A stretch of DNA of 64,000 nt, from positions 96,001-160,000 of the forward strand of contig CAWBQK010000013.1 in assembly GCA_963791045.1 (NCBI GenBank). Reading direction: 5' to 3'. Positions within the stretch are counted from its first letter, which is position 1, and the number at the start of each line of letters is the position of its first letter. The position numbers were made by a program, and so were the translations under genes. Positions 62,806-64,000 of this stretch are shown here, piece by piece. Under the pieces are notes generated by a model that was not told where the DNA came from, searched no databases, and saw only the letters and a list, made by a program, of their open reading frames with translations. This DNA comes from Candidatus Latescibacterota bacterium (GTDB taxonomy: Bacteria; Krumholzibacteriota; Krumholzibacteriia; WVZY01).

Positions 62806-63858
62806 TCATCTCCCAAGCGAGACGATCCGTTTAATCCCTCGAAAAAAACTGGGGAATCCACTCATTTCTGCGGCAAACTCCGCCGCTGTGGTTTCGTTGT
62901 TCGCTAGTGTGTATCGTGGGATTTCAAAACGATTCTGTCTGCGTGACACTCGCCTGGTTATTGTCGTCACCGCACTTCGATATCCAGCCTCGCGTACCGC
63001 CGTTCCCGTCTCTGCATTGAAATCCCCCACTCCACCGTTCGGATACCCGAAATCGAGACACGGCCGCCCGGTCGTGTCCTCAATGAATTTCTTGCTCTCA
63101 CCAAGTTCCATTCTGAGCTGTCCCGGAGTGCATCGCGAGAGAATTTTGTGGTTGCGAGTGTGTGAGCCGACGGTAATCCCGGACTCGTGCATGTTATCGA
63201 GATCCCCGGGTCGAAGAGGAAAATGCCCGCGCCAGGCCGTCATCAGATCTCGCTCGTCAACACCAAGCGCATCGACAATTTCATCGACGAATTCGACCCG
63301 CTTGATATCGGGAAGCGACTTGCACATCGTTCGAACTGCCACGTCGGCCGTGATCTTATCCTCATCGGTCGCGATAGAAAGACCACCGGCTTCGCCATCC
63401 CGTTTCAGTGTGAGGTGGGTTTTTTTTGTCGCCGCCAGGGCACTCATGATGCGGTCGGTCCAAAGCATCGAACCATCTCGGACGAACTCCGAAACAACGT
63501 AGATCGTCGAGGGAATCCCAAGTTTTGTGAGTACCGGGGCCGCGTTTGTCCAAACATTTCGATAGCCGTCGTCGAATGTAACCGCAACCGCACGCTCCGG
63601 CAGTTCCGCCCCTCCTTCAATCCAATCCACAATCCGCTGCAGCGAAACCGGATGGTAGAACTCGTGGAGATACTCCATCATCGTAGAAAAAATCGGAAGA
63701 TAAAGGTGTTTCCCCTGGTAATTACAGATATTGCCTGGTTTTTCACTGGTGACACCGTGGAATGCCAGGATAATCGGTTTTTTTCTGTTCAAATATGCAA
63801 ACTGCCGGGAAACCACCGACGCTCCCGGCATTCTGACGATTGTTCTTTTCAACGGCAT
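62806..63858 (-). CDS. polysaccharide deacetylase (NodB/CE4)
   Basis: LAFHGV, TFDDGY, GSHTRNH, FGYPNG, IPRY; start 63858 or 63879. Confidence 0.92.
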   Translation of the reverse strand: MPLKRTIVRMPGASVVSRQFAYLNRKKPIILAFHGVTSEKPGNICNYQGKHLYLPIFSTMMEYLHEFYHPVSLQRIVDWIEGGAELPERAVAVTFDDGYRNVWTNAAPVLTKLGIPSTIYVVSEFVRDGSMLWTDRIMSALAATKKTHLTLKRDGEAGGLSIATDEDKITADVAVRTMCKSLPDIKRVEFVDEIVDALGVDERDLMTAWRGHFPLRPGDLDNMHESGITVGSHTRNHKILSRCTPGQLRMELGESKKFIEDTTGRPCLDFGYPNGGVGDFNAETGTAVREAGYRSAVTTITRRVSRRQNRFEIPRYTLANNETTAAEFAAEMSGFPSFFRGIKRIVSLGR

Positions 63859-63945
63859 CCTCAAAGAGGCGCCCACCATTCGGTGGGCGCCATCCTGAAA
63901 GTTGTCAAGATACCTGTCAATCTTCCAACGCAGAATCGCCCGCCG

Positions 63946-64000
63946 CTACTTGTCGACGCTTTTGAGTTCCATCGTCAACGCCTGTGCCGGGACCTCCTGC
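63946..64000 (-). CDS. possible 3' end of an upstream gene (partial)
   Basis: Open frame QEVPAQALTMELKSVDK* running off the window edge. Confidence 0.35.
   Translation of the reverse strand, partial: QEVPAQALTMELKSVDK

Overview
Bacterial chromosomal window of mainly housekeeping and cell-envelope genes. I found no rRNA, tRNA, CRISPR array, transposase or prophage. In order it holds: the end of the ATP synthase operon (atpG 3' end, atpD, atpC); an orphan GAF-PAS histidine kinase; two tandem GT-C-type glycosyltransferase-TPR genes (a third paralog sits at 57.7 kb); an RluA-family pseudouridine synthase; an M28 peptidase; oppABC; mutM; a TIGR03960-type radical SAM enzyme; a HerA/DUF87-like ATPase; OmpA; nrdJ with tandem NrdR boxes; an FHA/HD-GYP/PP2C signalling cluster; a MoxR-DUF58-Bat operon; an AdnAB/AddAB-like helicase-nuclease pair; rarA; glpX; TPR proteins; a site-2 protease; a secreted beta-propeller glycosidase-like protein with an FlgD/T9SS-A-like C-terminal domain; pyrE; a GNAT; and a polysaccharide deacetylase. 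The C-terminal signatures (TWGSIKELY and PNPFNP...GIYFYRL) suggest Krumholzibacteriota or Latescibacterota, which is an inference. Many genes are frameshifted, some at homopolymers, most likely from long-read consensus errors. The most interesting signals are: (i) a ~165-nt rod-like 6S-RNA-like candidate with its own extended -10 promoter; (ii) a ~105-bp palindromic repeat present twice, 47 kb apart, in opposite orientations; (iii) a putative C-terminal TWGxIKxLY sorting signal; (iv) several sigma54 promoter motifs upstream of envelope genes; (v) an FHA-GAF-HD-GYP protein near PP2C and FHA genes. All calls come from reading the sequence by eye; no searches were run.
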